Of a DNA stretch of 56,206 nucleotides, positions 10,446 to 20,085 are shown piece after piece (the first letter of the stretch is position 1; each line of letters starts with the position of its first letter). The notes below the pieces were generated by a model. It saw only the letters and a list, made by a program, of their open reading frames with translations, did not search any database and was not told the DNA's origin. This DNA comes from a virus. Its lineage: Duplodnaviria; Caudoviricetes. The translations under genes and the position numbers were made by a program. The stretch lies in the IMG/VR virus record IMGVR_UViG_3300030107_003883, positions 1 through 56,206 of that record, one strand, 5' to 3'.

Positions 10446-11375
10446 ATGAGTAAAATATGTCCTGAATGCGAAAGTGATCGCATATACAAGTACGGTAAGA
10501 GAATAAATAAATATAAGCCTGACGTTCAAAGATACTGCTGTCAGGAATGTAAAAAGCAGTTTGAAGAAATAACAGGTTATAAATCTAGTCCTGGTCGTGA
10601 ATGGGATAAAGATATAAGAAGAGCAATAGTTACTCCTGATAAGCATTTTCCTTATGAGGACAAGCCAGCTATTAATGCTCTTGTTAAAGCAATACATTTA
10701 GTTAAGCCTAGTATCTATGTAGATTTAGGAGATACAGGAGAATGGGAAAGTGTATCTATGTGGAAGTGGAAGAAAAAGAAAAGACCACCTCTAGAGTACA
10801 TTATACCTGATGTAGAGAAGGAAATAAAAGCAGTAAACAAAGGAATGGACATCATTGACGATGCATTAAATATAGTGGGTTGTGATGAAAGACATTTTTG
10901 TGAAGGTAACCACGATAATTGGTTAAACAGATTTGTAGAAGGATATCCTTATTTGAGCCAATATAAGCTCAAGAAAGCGATAAAACTAGATGAGCGAGGG
11001 TATAAGTATCATCCGTTCGGAAAGTTCCTTAAAATAGGTAAACTGCATTTCTATCATGGTCACCAGTATGGAGGACAATATCATACTGCTAATCACTTGC
11101 GAAAGCTTGGATGTAATGTTATGTATGGACATTGGCATGATTTACAACATATGACAGCAACTCATATGGACGGACCTAAAGCAGCATGGTCTATAGGTTG
11201 CTTGAAAGATATGAGTACTGAGGCCAATGCTTGGTTAGACAATAGAAGAATTAATTGGGCACATGCTTTTGCAATAATAGACTTCTACGGAGAAGGAGAC
11301 TTTACTGTAGATGTGGTACAAATCATAGATGGAAAATGCTCAATATGGGGAAAGATGATAGATGGAAATAACTAA
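10446..11375 (+). CDS. Calcineurin-like metallophosphoesterase with N-terminal zinc ribbon
   Basis: PDKHFP (DxH), DLGD, EGNHD, YHGH and GHWH motifs; N-terminal CPEC...YCCQEC. Confidence 0.85.
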   Translation: MSKICPECESDRIYKYGKRINKYKPDVQRYCCQECKKQFEEITGYKSSPGREWDKDIRRAIVTPDKHFPYEDKPAINALVKAIHLVKPSIYVDLGDTGEWESVSMWKWKKKKRPPLEYIIPDVEKEIKAVNKGMDIIDDALNIVGCDERHFCEGNHDNWLNRFVEGYPYLSQYKLKKAIKLDERGYKYHPFGKFLKIGKLHFYHGHQYGGQYHTANHLRKLGCNVMYGHWHDLQHMTATHMDGPKAAWSIGCLKDMSTEANAWLDNRRINWAHAFAIIDFYGEGDFTVDVVQIIDGKCSIWGKMIDGNN

Positions 11376-11623
11376 TGGATATTATTGGAATAATAGAAAC
11401 TCTGGGAATACCAGTAGCAGTAGCACTTGGGCTGGGGTATGCGCTTATGTATTTGATCAAGTTCATCACAAAGGATGTAACTGCAGACATAAGAAATCTG
11501 TACGACATAACAGTGAAGCTGATAGATAGTAACAGACAGGCCAAAGACGAAGTGAAAAAGACTATGACTGGAGTAAATACAATAAAAGATATCGTGCTAA
11601 AACTTTTTAAAAAAGAAAAGTGA
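11375..11623 (+). CDS. Holin-like membrane protein
   Basis: One N-terminal TM helix (LGIPVAVALGLGYALMYLI) then a coiled coil. Confidence 0.55.
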   Translation: MDIIGIIETLGIPVAVALGLGYALMYLIKFITKDVTADIRNLYDITVKLIDSNRQAKDEVKKTMTGVNTIKDIVLKLFKKEK

Positions 11624-11760
11624 TGAAAATACCTGTACATGACTTAGATTATAGGGTACGATTATTAGAAGAAAAGGTAGAAAAGCTTGAAAAACAGGCA
11701 CATCCTCCTCGGGAATTTGTGCGCTGTAAAGAATGTAAATCTAAAATAAAGGAGAAGTAA
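11623..11760 (+). CDS. Hypothetical 45-aa protein with CxxC (not in ORF track)
   Basis: TGATG/TAATG coupling at both ends; MKIPVHDLDY...CKECKSKIKEK. Confidence 0.6.
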   Translation: MKIPVHDLDYRVRLLEEKVEKLEKQAHPPREFVRCKECKSKIKEK

Positions 11761-11915
11761 TGCCAGCATTAATAGCGTTTATAACAAAGACTTTCTTAAG
11801 TGAAGCAATGTTAAAGAAAGTATTGGTAGTATTAGGTGATTATCTAGTTGCAAGTTCTAAGAACAAGCTAGACGATAAGCTATGGGCTCAAGTTAAGAAG
11901 ATCTTAGTAAAGTAA
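11760..11915 (+). CDS. Amphipathic cationic 51-aa peptide, possible lysis accessory (not in ORF track)
   Basis: AAGGAG RBS; MPALIAFITKTFLSEAMLKKVLVVLGDYLVASSKNKLDDKLWAQVKKILVK. Confidence 0.6.
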   Translation: MPALIAFITKTFLSEAMLKKVLVVLGDYLVASSKNKLDDKLWAQVKKILVK

Positions 11916-14114
11916 ATGCCCAAAGTATCACTTACTATAAATGATTTTTCTGGAGGGCTAAATACAGATATATCTCCTAGAGATCTTGAAGGTAATCAGC
12001 TTGAAGTCTGCACTAATGTAGATCCTAGTAGTGTAGGAAGGTTAAAAATGGCATCTCAATTTAAAGATGCAGATACCGACATTCAAGGAGGAAACAATGA
12101 TTTTACAAGTGCAGCACATACAACTCCAGGATATGGACTATTTGTATTCAGTAATGACAACGAAGTTCAAACGCAAAGCGATGGAACTCATAGTGCCAAT
12201 GCAGATGATTTTCTTTTAAAAGCTGATGGAACTACAGTAGATGTACAAGAACTATCTGATGGTACTATAACTGCAGATCAATTAGGCACTACTTCTGCTA
12301 CTCCAGCATTTTATGCTGCGGAAGGAGATGTATTTGTAGGTGGCGATCATGGCACAGCGCCTAGTTCTTTAGTTTGGCATTATCAAGCAAAAAGAGATAG
12401 AACTGTAGCTGACTGGCTGCCAGCAGGACAAGCTAAAACTCCTCCTACTAACGGGGTTAATGGCAATATGAGAATACATGAGAGTCTTGCTAATAATGAT
12501 GGGAGTAGTAATGCTAATACAGAATTTAATGTCAGTGGTGGTGGTGGCTCTGGCAGTATTGCAAATATAGCTGACGGATTGCATTGGGTTGTAGTTTATG
12601 GTGCAGATGAATCTGGTGGATGGAATAATGATTCAACAAGCCCAGCAACAGGAGACTTTGTAGAATTTGGAGCTAGCTGGCTTTATAAAAATAAAGCAGA
12701 ATCTGCTATTACTACTCTAGATAGTGGTGATACTATGGAAAATAATGGAGGCACAAACGAACAAATTAATACAACTTTAACTGTACATGCATATGTATCT
12801 GAAGATTATACTTCTGCTACTGATAATTTATATGGAGCAAGACTATATTCTAGGCAGAATGGTGAAAATACTTGGTATCTTCTTGCAGAACTTAGTTTTG
12901 AAGATGGCATTAAAGGGAGTTTAGAAACTGAATTTAATGAATGGAAGGATCGGAATGCTAGCTATGGTCATACTTTAGAGGCTACAGGAGCTATGTGCAC
13001 AACAAACCCTATAACAGATCCTCCTGCCTTGTTAACTTTTGATAGCTTAAATGGGTATGAAACAGATGATATAGCTGGAATTGTATATTGGAAACATGGG
13101 ACGGTTGCTAATAGCAGGGCTTATGTAGCAAATGTAAAAGTCAATGGCAGGGTTTATGGGGACAGAATACTTAAAAGTCCTATATTTCAATATGATGTAT
13201 TTACTGAAAATGCATTTATAGATGTAGCAATAAACGATGGAGACTCTATCACTGCACTTGAATCTTATGCTGATAGATTGCTTGAGTTTAAGAAAAAGTC
13301 TTTATATATTATAAATATATCTAAAGAGTTAGAATTTTTAGAGGATGTAAGAATTGGAGCTGGTGTTGACAATCCTACAGCAGTTGCTAAAACCTCTTAT
13401 GGTGTTGTATGGGCAAATCAAACAGGATGCTTTTTATATGATGGAGAACAGTTAAGCCAACTAAATATGGGAAAGATAAGCGACTTTGAATGGAACAGGG
13501 ATATTACTGAAAATGTTATTGTAGGTTTTGACTTACCTTCAAGACAGGTTATTGTTCTTTGGAATGGAGCTGCGGCAGGCAGCGGGCAAGCTTATGTCTA
13601 TACATTAGATACTCAAAGCTGGCATAAAGTAGACGATATGATGGTTCATGAGTCTAATGTTACTAATATGGTTAATACTAGCAGTGGAAAACTTTTAATA
13701 GGAGGTGGTGACGCTGGAAATAGTGAAGTATATGTTTATGACGCTAGAACAGCTGATACTTCTAATTTTAGTATGAGAACAGGTCATTTAAGTCTAGGCA
13801 ATCCAGGGTCTAAAAAGAACTTATTAAACGTTAAAGTTAGATATAAAAACTCTGGAAGCGCATTAAATGTTAAAGTGATAGTAGATGATGCTGCAGCTAG
13901 CATAGGTGAAGATACAATAACTTTAGGTACTTTAACAAATAATACAGGCGGAAGTTTAGTTACAAAAGAATTTAATACTGCAGCAACTACCACTTTAAAA
14001 GGGCAATATTGGTTTGCAATACAGATAATTGATGAAGATGGTACAGGGACTACCCATAAGTCATTTGAGATTGACGAGATAGTTTTAACCTATAGAGAGC
14101 TAGGTGTTAGATAA
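11916..14114 (+). CDS. Tail nozzle / stabilization protein (P22 gp10 / T7 gp12-like)
   Basis: N-terminal INDFSGGLN motif; beta-propeller-like region (GDSITALESY...); 732 aa; precedes the core genes. Confidence 0.75.
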   Translation: MPKVSLTINDFSGGLNTDISPRDLEGNQLEVCTNVDPSSVGRLKMASQFKDADTDIQGGNNDFTSAAHTTPGYGLFVFSNDNEVQTQSDGTHSANADDFLLKADGTTVDVQELSDGTITADQLGTTSATPAFYAAEGDVFVGGDHGTAPSSLVWHYQAKRDRTVADWLPAGQAKTPPTNGVNGNMRIHESLANNDGSSNANTEFNVSGGGGSGSIANIADGLHWVVVYGADESGGWNNDSTSPATGDFVEFGASWLYKNKAESAITTLDSGDTMENNGGTNEQINTTLTVHAYVSEDYTSATDNLYGARLYSRQNGENTWYLLAELSFEDGIKGSLETEFNEWKDRNASYGHTLEATGAMCTTNPITDPPALLTFDSLNGYETDDIAGIVYWKHGTVANSRAYVANVKVNGRVYGDRILKSPIFQYDVFTENAFIDVAINDGDSITALESYADRLLEFKKKSLYIINISKELEFLEDVRIGAGVDNPTAVAKTSYGVVWANQTGCFLYDGEQLSQLNMGKISDFEWNRDITENVIVGFDLPSRQVIVLWNGAAAGSGQAYVYTLDTQSWHKVDDMMVHESNVTNMVNTSSGKLLIGGGDAGNSEVYVYDARTADTSNFSMRTGHLSLGNPGSKKNLLNVKVRYKNSGSALNVKVIVDDAAASIGEDTITLGTLTNNTGGSLVTKEFNTAATTTLKGQYWFAIQIIDEDGTGTTHKSFEIDEIVLTYRELGVR

Positions 14115-14599
14115 TGGATGCTAAAACAAGAAGAGTATTAAAAGCTAAGCAAGGAAAAGTTTCTACTAGCAATAAAACTTTAAGTAGTTCAGAGGGCTAT
14201 GAAGGACAAGTACAAATAAGAGATACTAAAGATGGACCTATGTTATTTGCTAAGCTTAAAGGTAAATGGATTCAATCTCCACTCTTGCCCGGAGGTGATT
14301 TCTTTGTACCTAAGGCATTTACAGCTATTATTACATTACCTTCTGCATCAGGCAAGCCTTGTTTTGTGGTGCCTAAATCTATACCTCTTAGGAATATTTT
14401 AAATATATCTATTGTAATTGAGGAGAAAACTGCTTCTGAAACATTTTTTGTACAAACACCACAATTGTATCATGTAGGTGGAAATGCTTATGACTGGATT
14501 GTTGCGCTTAAATCAAGTACAAGACAGATATATTTATCACGTATGGGCGATCCTACTTTTACTAATAAAAAAGCTAAGTTAACAATTTTATACAAATAA
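14114..14599 (+). CDS. Hypothetical tail-associated protein
   Basis: TAATG coupling to the nozzle gene. Confidence 0.55.
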   Translation: MDAKTRRVLKAKQGKVSTSNKTLSSSEGYEGQVQIRDTKDGPMLFAKLKGKWIQSPLLPGGDFFVPKAFTAIITLPSASGKPCFVVPKSIPLRNILNISIVIEEKTASETFFVQTPQLYHVGGNAYDWIVALKSSTRQIYLSRMGDPTFTNKKAKLTILYK

Positions 14600-14610
14600 A
14601 GGAATAAGTT

Positions 14611-15294
14611 ATGAGTTATACATGGGAAGAAGTAATGCTTGGGATAGATACTCGAGCTGAAGCTAAAAAAGAACAAAAGCAGTTAGATGATATAAACGAA
14701 AAAAGAGATAAAGAGCAATCTGCTATGGGTGCATGGAGTCTTGGATTAAGTTTGTTAGGAGGAGCATTATTTGGCCCTCTTGGTTATACTGCTGGTAAAA
14801 TTTTAGGAAGACAAGGTGCTGATTATTACTACGACTGGGAAAGTATGGATGTTGAAGAAGGAAAGTTTGATGCAGATATTTCTAGAAAAGTAAATAAACA
14901 GCTCTCAAAAGATGCTAAAGATCAAAACAAAGCTCAAGTAGTTCAAGCTGTTACAGATTTAGGTTCAATGTATATACAGGCAGGAGGAATGACAGAAGGT
15001 TTTGATGCAGACTTTACTACATTTGGTGCAGGAGGAGATCAATGGACTATGTTTGGAAGGGGAGGAGAAGCTCCTACGACTTGGGCTTCTAAAGGAGCTG
15101 GAGGAATGATTAATCCTAATACAGGAGAAGCTATAGGAAGTATGGTTCAGCCTGAAGGTGGCATACCTAGTATATTTGATGTATGGAGAGATGATGGACT
15201 TGGATCTATGGGAAATAAACTAAAAGATGTATATACAGCAGATTTAACTGCTAATAAAGCTATGTCAGAGCTTGACAGATTGGCTAATCAATAA
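14611..15294 (+). CDS. Putative ejection/internal virion protein with Gly-rich hydrophobic segment
   Basis: AMGAWSLGLSLLGGALFGPLG; position after the tail genes. Confidence 0.55.
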   Translation: MSYTWEEVMLGIDTRAEAKKEQKQLDDINEKRDKEQSAMGAWSLGLSLLGGALFGPLGYTAGKILGRQGADYYYDWESMDVEEGKFDADISRKVNKQLSKDAKDQNKAQVVQAVTDLGSMYIQAGGMTEGFDADFTTFGAGGDQWTMFGRGGEAPTTWASKGAGGMINPNTGEAIGSMVQPEGGIPSIFDVWRDDGLGSMGNKLKDVYTADLTANKAMSELDRLANQ

Positions 15295-16880
15295 TGGCTA
15301 ATTACGGCACATTATGGGAAGCATTTGCTTCAGGTGAAGGCATGGAAGGTTACGATGCTTTGTCTGGAACCGAAACAGATTATAAGCAAAGAACACAAGC
15401 TTTTTATGATCAAATATTAGGGCCTACTTTTTATGGAGATGAAGGTAAGGATATGGGTTCTGGCGATTACAATAAATATATTGCTAGTTTTAGCACAAAA
15501 GAATTGGAAAAAGCAGAAGCTACATTTAGAACTGCAATAGGAGATCCTTATACATCAGTTTCAGACCCTTTTTCTTGGGAAAAGATTAGCAGGTATGATA
15601 CTTCTGGGGGATTAGAAGGAAGGCTTCAATCCCTTTTAGAAAAGGAACTTTATTCAAAAGGAAAACATCTTGGTGGAAAAGTTGGAGAAACTTATGAAAC
15701 AGATACTTCAAAAACTTTACAAGGTTTTAAAGAAGGAGTTCAAGGCCAAAGAGAAAGTATAAGCCATGGGGCTTTAACTAGTGGTCAATCATTAGCTTCT
15801 GGAACTTCTGGAGCCACTATAAGAAGTGGAGGAAATATAGGAGTTGCTGAAGATGCTCTTACAGATATTTATAAAAAAACTAAAACTTTAGGGTCTGAGT
15901 ATAGAGCAGGAAAAGAAAGTGATGAAAGGTCTTTAGAGAGCGATTTAGATGCAGCTTTAACATCATATATATCAGCTATAGATAGTGAAAAAGATAGATG
16001 GTATCAAGCTGTAATACAAGATGTTCAAAAAGTTGGTAAAGATTTTACTCCAGAAGAGATAGAAAATAGATTGGCTGCAAATCAAGAATGGGATTGCGGG
16101 ATTGGAAAAATAGCAAGTGGAACAGATGCAAATGGAAAAACTATATGCGTAGATGATCCCAATTTTACAGCAACAGAAGGAGCGTTTAGGGGTAATGTAT
16201 GCCCTGTAGGACAGTTATGGGATGGTGAACAATGCGTAGAGATGGAAGGCTTAGATTTTACAAGAGATAAATGGGGTCTTATATGCGATGGAGAAGTTGA
16301 TGAGTGCGGTGTATGCGGTGGAGATGGTTCAAGTTGTAAAGATTGCGCTGGAGTTCCAAACGGTAGTGCTGTAGTAGATGATTGTGGTGTTTGTAACGGT
16401 AATAATGCTTGCTTAGAAGATAAAAATGGAACAATTCCAGAAGGTGGAAAAAATATTATAGATACTGAAGGTGAAATGGATGTTAGGGGAACTGAAATAA
16501 ATGATATTGAAACTAATTGGGAAAATATGCTTTCAGATATTTCAAACTATTGGGATAATACTTCTGATATGATGCAAGACATACATGATTCTCTTCCAGT
16601 ATTAGAGAAACCAACTGGCAGTGGTTTTAGAGGAAAAGGTAGTTCTACTTGGACAAATCCTCTTACTCCAGAACAAGGACAGGTTGAAAAAGAAAAAAGA
16701 GATCGTGAAAGAAGAAATAGAAGCCAATACTCTAGATCTGGAAGAAGAACAAGTAGAAATATATATAACTTTTTTAATACTCCTGCCCAAACTCCTGTCC
16801 AAGAAGAACAGGTTTTTCCTGTCCAAGAAGAACAGGAAGAAGAATTTGAAAGACCTTGGTATGAAAAGACAGGTCCATGA
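15294..16880 (+). CDS. Putative internal virion protein with Cys-rich modules
   Basis: Helical N-half, then CPVGQLWDGEQCV and DECGVCGGDGSSCKDCAGVPNGSAVVDDCGVC. Confidence 0.55.
   Translation: MANYGTLWEAFASGEGMEGYDALSGTETDYKQRTQAFYDQILGPTFYGDEGKDMGSGDYNKYIASFSTKELEKAEATFRTAIGDPYTSVSDPFSWEKISRYDTSGGLEGRLQSLLEKELYSKGKHLGGKVGETYETDTSKTLQGFKEGVQGQRESISHGALTSGQSLASGTSGATIRSGGNIGVAEDALTDIYKKTKTLGSEYRAGKESDERSLESDLDAALTSYISAIDSEKDRWYQAVIQDVQKVGKDFTPEEIENRLAANQEWDCGIGKIASGTDANGKTICVDDPNFTATEGAFRGNVCPVGQLWDGEQCVEMEGLDFTRDKWGLICDGEVDECGVCGGDGSSCKDCAGVPNGSAVVDDCGVCNGNNACLEDKNGTIPEGGKNIIDTEGEMDVRGTEINDIETNWENMLSDISNYWDNTSDMMQDIHDSLPVLEKPTGSGFRGKGSSTWTNPLTPEQGQVEKEKRDRERRNRSQYSRSGRRTSRNIYNFFNTPAQTPVQEEQVFPVQEEQEEEFERPWYEKTGP
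16793..16836 (+). repeat. 20-bp direct repeat with 24-nt period (PVQEEQ x2)
   Basis: tcctgtccaagaagaacagg at 16793 and 16817. Confidence 0.85.
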
Positions 16881-16899
16881 TAAATAGAAGGAATAAGAT

Positions 16900-18003
16900 A
16901 TGACGTTAGACGAATTATGGAAAGCATATGAAGATAAAGATCAAGACTTTGCAGGAGATGTTTATGATTTTATGAAAACAGATCTTCCATTCAAGATAAC
17001 TAAAGAAGATTTTGGCAAACAATATGGAATGTATCTTCCTGAGTTTGATTACACAGGAATAGAGCTTGCTGAAAGAAAAAGAGATATAGACTATAAAGAA
17101 GCTAGAAATATATTAGATACTAGTATAGATGCTACTAATCGTGTATATGCTACAGAAATGGATACTCTTAGCGCAGGTTATGGATCTCAAGCAAGTAAAG
17201 CAAGGTCTATGGCTGGAAGAACAGGATTAAAGACTGGAACTTTAGATGAAGCATTAGAGACAACTTATGAGCAAACTGCTAATAAAGCTAAAAGTCTTGG
17301 AGAAAGACTAGATATTGCTCAAGATGAAGCTGGTGATAAATATAATATTGCTATGGTAGATTCAGCATTAGACTATGATAAAACTGTTCAAGATGAAAAA
17401 GAAGATTTTTATAATAGAACTTTAGCAGCTATTGCAAGACTTGACGCAAGGGGAGTGTGGGATAAAAAAGAAGGTGTTAAAATGTGCAATGGTGTAGAAA
17501 TACCTGAAGATCAAGAATGTGTTCCATATCAATTTGAAGGATTAGATCTTGGCTTAGGAGAATGTAACCCAGCTTGCAGTCCTCAAGAAATGTGTATATC
17601 TGGTACATGTGTAACTAATGATCTGTTAAATTGGGAAAATTTAGGCTCAACAGAAGATATAATGTGTGGACAGTATGCAGATTATATTGAAGGCGAAGGA
17701 TGTGTTCCAAATCATCCTGATATGCAAACTGATATTATTACTCCTGATACCTGTCCAACTGGCACTATATGGAGCGATAACGCAGGAGGATGTCTTTATA
17801 TAAATCCTGGTGATAAATCGGTTGGATGCGCAGGACCTTGTGCTTTATATCTTCAAGGTGGAGAAATAGGATATGATTTTTGGTCTAAAGAATGGGATGT
17901 GCTACATAATCCAACTACATACATACCTGGAGCTCCAGATCCTGATGATGATTATGGTAAATGGTATGATTGGGCGTATTGCCTGATCCCAGGAAATTGT
18001 TAA
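16900..18003 (+). CDS. Putative internal virion protein with Cys-rich C-terminus
   Basis: Helical N-half; CNPACSPQEMCISGTC and CPTGTIWSDNAGGC. Confidence 0.55.
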   Translation: MTLDELWKAYEDKDQDFAGDVYDFMKTDLPFKITKEDFGKQYGMYLPEFDYTGIELAERKRDIDYKEARNILDTSIDATNRVYATEMDTLSAGYGSQASKARSMAGRTGLKTGTLDEALETTYEQTANKAKSLGERLDIAQDEAGDKYNIAMVDSALDYDKTVQDEKEDFYNRTLAAIARLDARGVWDKKEGVKMCNGVEIPEDQECVPYQFEGLDLGLGECNPACSPQEMCISGTCVTNDLLNWENLGSTEDIMCGQYADYIEGEGCVPNHPDMQTDIITPDTCPTGTIWSDNAGGCLYINPGDKSVGCAGPCALYLQGGEIGYDFWSKEWDVLHNPTTYIPGAPDPDDDYGKWYDWAYCLIPGNC

Positions 18004-18025
18004 ATAAACTTAAAGGAAATAAAAT

Positions 18026-19252
18026 ATGTCAGAATTAGCAGATGCATTAAATAAACTATCAGGATTAGCTGATAACTTTATTACAGCTACCACCCAAAGA
18101 CAAATACAGGTTGGTAAAGAGAAAGAAGCTCGTGTAATAAATGCTTATAACTATATGATAGGTAATGAAGAATCAGAAATTGCTGAACTTGAAACAGCAT
18201 TAAGTGCTATAGAAACCAATCTATTAGATAGAGGTGTTGAACTTAAAAGTGTAAAAGAACAGTTTAGAACAACAAACTCTGAAGAACTTTTATCTGCTGC
18301 TAATGAAAGTGCTATAAGTATGACTAATGTTAGGTTAAATGATGCTAGAGATTATAGAAGCAGACTTGAGCAAAGAAAGAGAGAGGCTCAGCAGATAAAA
18401 AGACATATAGATTTGTTTGACGATGCAATGTCTATGGTTACTCCAGGTGAAGATAGTATTGTAGATGCATCTGATGTAGCTAAAGTAGCAAATAAGTTTA
18501 CCAGTGAATACAGTCAGTTTATGCCAGAAATAGAGCAAAGACTAGCAGAACTTCAAACAGAGTCTGCATTAGACTCTCTTGAAGCAGATTACTTTTCTAG
18601 GCTAAAAATAGAAGCTCAACAGAAAATAGATGCAAATACTGCAAGTCAAGTTGAATCTAAGTTAAAAATGGCTTCATTAGAGCCTGTTAAGAAAGAAGCT
18701 GTAGAAGGTGTTGTGGCACTACTTAACAAAGGAAATTCTTTAAGTAAATTAAGAGAAGAGTTTGGAGCTGTTATAACAAGGCAGAAAGAAATTGATGCTG
18801 ATGATGATTTAAATACCAGTGAACTACAAGCTAAAGAAAATGAAATAATGCAAGAGCAACTTAGAATAGGATCTTTTTTATTTCCATGGTCTTTAAGTGA
18901 AGAAGAAGCTATATTCCAAGCTCAAGGCTTACAAGAAGCTTTAGTTAATGCTGTTGCAAATGGAAACTTTCATGATATTATAAACTATTTAGAATCATCA
19001 AACCTACAATACTATACAATGGAGCCTAAAATGGCAGGTCAATATAAAGCTGATGTTTTGAACATGTTAGGTATAGATATATCTGATGATAATTTTATAT
19101 CTCGACTAAAAGAATATCATAGTCTTGCTGGCAGAGTTGATATAAAACAGGCAGAAATTCAAGCAGAAATTTATAGAACTATAGTACCTGAAGATGAGTT
19201 TGACGACAATAGGACTAATGATTTAGACTCATTTCTTAACGAGGACTTTTAA
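18026..19252 (+). CDS. Putative internal virion/ejection protein
   Basis: 408 aa, alpha-helical; in the core cluster. Confidence 0.5.
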   Translation: MSELADALNKLSGLADNFITATTQRQIQVGKEKEARVINAYNYMIGNEESEIAELETALSAIETNLLDRGVELKSVKEQFRTTNSEELLSAANESAISMTNVRLNDARDYRSRLEQRKREAQQIKRHIDLFDDAMSMVTPGEDSIVDASDVAKVANKFTSEYSQFMPEIEQRLAELQTESALDSLEADYFSRLKIEAQQKIDANTASQVESKLKMASLEPVKKEAVEGVVALLNKGNSLSKLREEFGAVITRQKEIDADDDLNTSELQAKENEIMQEQLRIGSFLFPWSLSEEEAIFQAQGLQEALVNAVANGNFHDIINYLESSNLQYYTMEPKMAGQYKADVLNMLGIDISDDNFISRLKEYHSLAGRVDIKQAEIQAEIYRTIVPEDEFDDNRTNDLDSFLNEDF

Positions 19253-20082
19253 TGAACAAGACTAAAGAAGATATAATATCTAAAGCATGGACATTGACTC
19301 AGCAATTTCCTGGAAAGAAAACTGTTATTTTAAACAAACTTTTAAATGCTAAAAGCTTTGATATAAGTATTGATGATTTTAACGCATGGGATAGCACTAT
19401 GATGCATCATGAGATTATTAAAGATGACAGTCTAACTGATAAGTTTCCTTCTGTTTCAGGATTTACTCAAACTGAAAATATGAGTGATACTGAAATATTA
19501 AAAGTATTTCATGCAAGAGATGAGCTAACTAAAAAGAAAGAAGATGTAGGATCTCCTCCTATAGAAGCTGATTGGTTTAAATCAGGAGTTGAAGCTGAAG
19601 AAAGAATAGAAGAGTTAATGCCTTTTTATCAAACTAAGATGGAAGAAGAATGGGCAGGAATGTCAGAAATGGATGCTAAAACAGCAATACCAACAATAGC
19701 AGGACAGGTTGTAAAAGCTCCATTTCAAATGCTAACTCAGCTAACAGCAGGTTGGGGTGATTATGTAGGTAAAAACTTTGAAGAACAAATACATGAAAGA
19801 GGCTTTATGTCATCATGGAATCCATTAACAGGGTTTGGTGCATGGGATATAGCTGAATTTAGAACTAATCCTTTAACAGGAAAGAGAGGTTTTACTCCTG
19901 AACTTTTAGAAATGGAACAAGAACTAGAAGATCTATATGAGGATAAAAGAGTATTTAATAAGAAGATGAATGAAGGTGGATGGCAGGAAAGATACGAACT
20001 AGATGAAGAGCTTCAGTCTTTAAACCAAATAATTATGGAAAATAAACTATTAGACCCAAGACTATATGGAGAAGTTGAATAA
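19252..20082 (+). CDS. Hypothetical protein (core cluster)
   Basis: Coupled ORF, acidic and helical. Confidence 0.5.
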   Translation: MNKTKEDIISKAWTLTQQFPGKKTVILNKLLNAKSFDISIDDFNAWDSTMMHHEIIKDDSLTDKFPSVSGFTQTENMSDTEILKVFHARDELTKKKEDVGSPPIEADWFKSGVEAEERIEELMPFYQTKMEEEWAGMSEMDAKTAIPTIAGQVVKAPFQMLTQLTAGWGDYVGKNFEEQIHERGFMSSWNPLTGFGAWDIAEFRTNPLTGKRGFTPELLEMEQELEDLYEDKRVFNKKMNEGGWQERYELDEELQSLNQIIMENKLLDPRLYGEVE

Positions 20083-20085
20083 ACT

